Below are positions 61,701 through 64,000 of a DNA stretch of 64,000 bases, in pieces. The notes under the pieces were generated by a model. The model worked only from the letters and a program-made list of their open reading frames with translations. It was not told where the DNA came from and ran no database searches. Position numbers and translations under genes: made by a program. The stretch's first letter is position 1. Every line of letters begins with the position of its first letter. Where the stretch lies: NCBI GenBank assembly GCA_964016885.1, contig OZ024741.1, positions 3,720,001 to 3,784,000 of the forward strand, in the 5' to 3' direction. This DNA is from Eledone cirrhosa. Taxonomy: Eukaryota.

Positions 61701-62943
61701 ATCAATGGCGCAATATTGTGGAAATATGCAAATCTACGCCTTTTTTTATGGGAAAATGGAAGGCTTTACAAACAGATATTCAGGGTTCTTTGAGTAGAAT
61801 TCTTAATTCTTAAATAATTGTACAGTCAACAAAATATATGACAGAATGTTTTCCATATTTTTTTCAAAAATCTTTCGATTTCAATGAAATTTAATGTGTA
61901 TGTATTCGAGCACAAGCACTTTTAGTTTATACCTGGCGCAATCAAAATCAATTTCATAAGCCCATATAAGCGCGCACACACTGTGACTCACGCGCGTTAT
62001 TGATAGGACGGCCTGTATATACCAAGAGCAGTATGTTTTCTCAACGATAGATACACAAACAGGTATGCACGCACGTGCGAACCGCCTTTTTCTCTTTGTG
62101 TGTATCCGCTTTTTGTGAACAACAATAAATCCGACCGCCTCACTAAACGGACCTTTACAGAATTTGCCCACTTACTTATCGGTGAGTTAGTGCTTATTTA
62201 TTTAGACTGCTTGCATGCCATTTCAGTTAAATTTAATTAATTTTTCGCCTTCCTTAAATTTAAAAATCCCCATTGGGACTAGGGGATTGTTGACATCTTA
62301 GCGTTAAACTTTTCATATTCCCCCTTATTCAAGTGCAAATACAGTATTATCCCTATCTGAAAGGAAACCAAATTTAATGGTGTCTTCTGTGATGCCAAAA
62401 GCTAAAAGCGGTGAGTAAATTTTTAAACAGTCTTAAATAATCATGCTTTTAGAAAAAAATTTACTAAATAATACTTTGACCAAGTTGTATAGGACACATA
62501 CAAAGTTGTAAAAATGTTACGTCCGTACCAATTTTTTCCTTTTTTAAACAAAAGGTTCTAAAAAATTACTTAATTCATAACACTACTGTCACAGCCTTTT
62601 GCACAGGAAGTGAGTAGTTTTCGGGGTTTTAAACGTAAGTTCACCAGGGTTTGTGTCTTTTCCATTATTAACCCACCTCTAATGGCATTTTTTGTTCTGT
62701 TTACGACTAAATGTTATGAGCGTATTTGCAAATTGCTATTGTTCTTTAATGTTTTAATTAGTTGTCATAGACCATCTGCATGCAGTGCAATTGATTGCGC
62801 ACACGTACACACCTGCATGCAGATAAACACTGACAGCTAATAAAAAATCGATAATTTGCTTAAGACATCGGTCAAAAAGAGAGGTTGAATGTACTTTAGA
62901 AAATTTTTTGAATATATTGTTCTTTTTGGCATGATATGAAGAC

Positions 62944-63057
62944 GTGTGGCTGAGTGGTTAGAGAATTGGATTCACAATCTTGAGGTTGTGAGTTCGATTC
63001 CTGGACCGGGCGATGCGTTATGTCCTTGAGCAAGACATTTTATTTCACGTTGCTCCT
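62944..63057 (+). mobile_element. 5' part of a CORE-type tRNA SINE
   Basis: A-box TGGCTGAGTGG, B-box GTTCGATTCC, CCTTGAGCAAGACA; lacks a complete tRNA acceptor stem. Confidence 0.8.
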
Positions 63058-64000
63058 TCTACCTGGAGTTGCGACCGATAGATAGTATTAGCAACTGGAA
63101 AGACCAACGAAAACATTGTTTCCTCGGTCCGATTTGACGAAAGTCGATCGACAAAAAAATGTCAGAAATATAGCTACTATTCACTTTGCTTATTTTTTGT
63201 AACTAAGAAACGGTTCCTTTTTGGGTGGATACTTAACGAGAAAGATCCCAGGGTTTTGGACAAGTTTGTTTCAGGCACTGTATAGACGCCAATTTTGTCA
63301 CACCTTGGTCATGAATTCGTATTCTTTTCCAATAGATACCTTATTTTCCGCTCTATAAGGCTCACCGGGGTATCAGGCGTATCATTTAAAATCAGGTCCG
63401 CGCAACGGCGTGTAAGGCCAACCAGGAAAATGCTATCTTCTTTACTTTTAGTCTAGATCTATTACTTCTGTTAGAGCCGTGATTGATTACCATTGTTTTA
63501 TTTATACATAAGGCTCACCGGAGTATAAAGCGCAGAGCTGTTTTTTGATGAAATTTAGGTATTTTAAGTGCAATTTATAGGCCGGAAAATTCGGTAAGTT
63601 ATTATAATTATATTTCCAAACCTCCCCATTCACCAGTAACCATGCTAGCGAATTTGGTGTCACCTCTCTCTGTACTTAATCACCCCTCTCTAATCTAACA
63701 GCTTCGTTACACGTCGTATGCCCACACGGAAACGTTCAAGACTCATCTCTAAAAAAGATACAGCTACTGCTTTGAGACGACGAATTAGGCGTTCTCAGGT
63801 ATGCGTTCATTCACAATTGGTTAATCCTTTATGCAATATTCTCCCTTAATGTTAGCAAGCACTGCGTTTATCCTAACTGTCACCACTTCTAAGCAACTAC
63901 AACATTCTAATCGTAGTTATATTAAATTTATTGTCTTACCTTGATTCCCTTTTGTTCATATTACACTTTTCTCATTTACTATTGGCACAGTGCCTTTGGC

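Noticed and set aside
62944-63020. tRNA gene
   Set aside because: A/B boxes run into a CORE SINE body without an acceptor stem or terminator; the same applies to the heads at 2100-2172, 32000 and 33510.

Overview
Repeat-dense animal genomic DNA. The SINE/RTE repertoire and microsatellite load suggest a coleoid cephalopod such as Octopus (inference). The one host gene I can support is LAS1L, the HEPN endoribonuclease for pre-rRNA ITS2 processing. It lies on the minus strand and is largely invisible in the ORF track: six GT-AG exons from 35451 down to 4260 give 189 in-frame codons including the RHxxTH motif, and the gene probably continues leftwards. Its introns and left flank hold a decayed piggyBac, a full-length Gypsy provirus, several satellites and a hAT element swollen to about 10.4 kb by nested insertions. 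The right half is a pile-up of retroelements: RTE, CRE-like, Helitron-like, Penelope-like, and a cluster of R4/Dong-type elements in (TACA)n. The least expected signals are (i) ten minimal hammerhead-ribozyme motifs of about seven sequence types tied to (TA)n tracts and mostly to inverted repeats, two of them sense to the LAS1L pre-mRNA; (ii) an unexplained ~400-nt G-U-rich branched fold-back at 34.4-34.8 kb; and (iii) an RTE ORF whose only two stops sit on the CxxC of a PHD-like finger. All calls come from manual reading, and many element boundaries are approximate.
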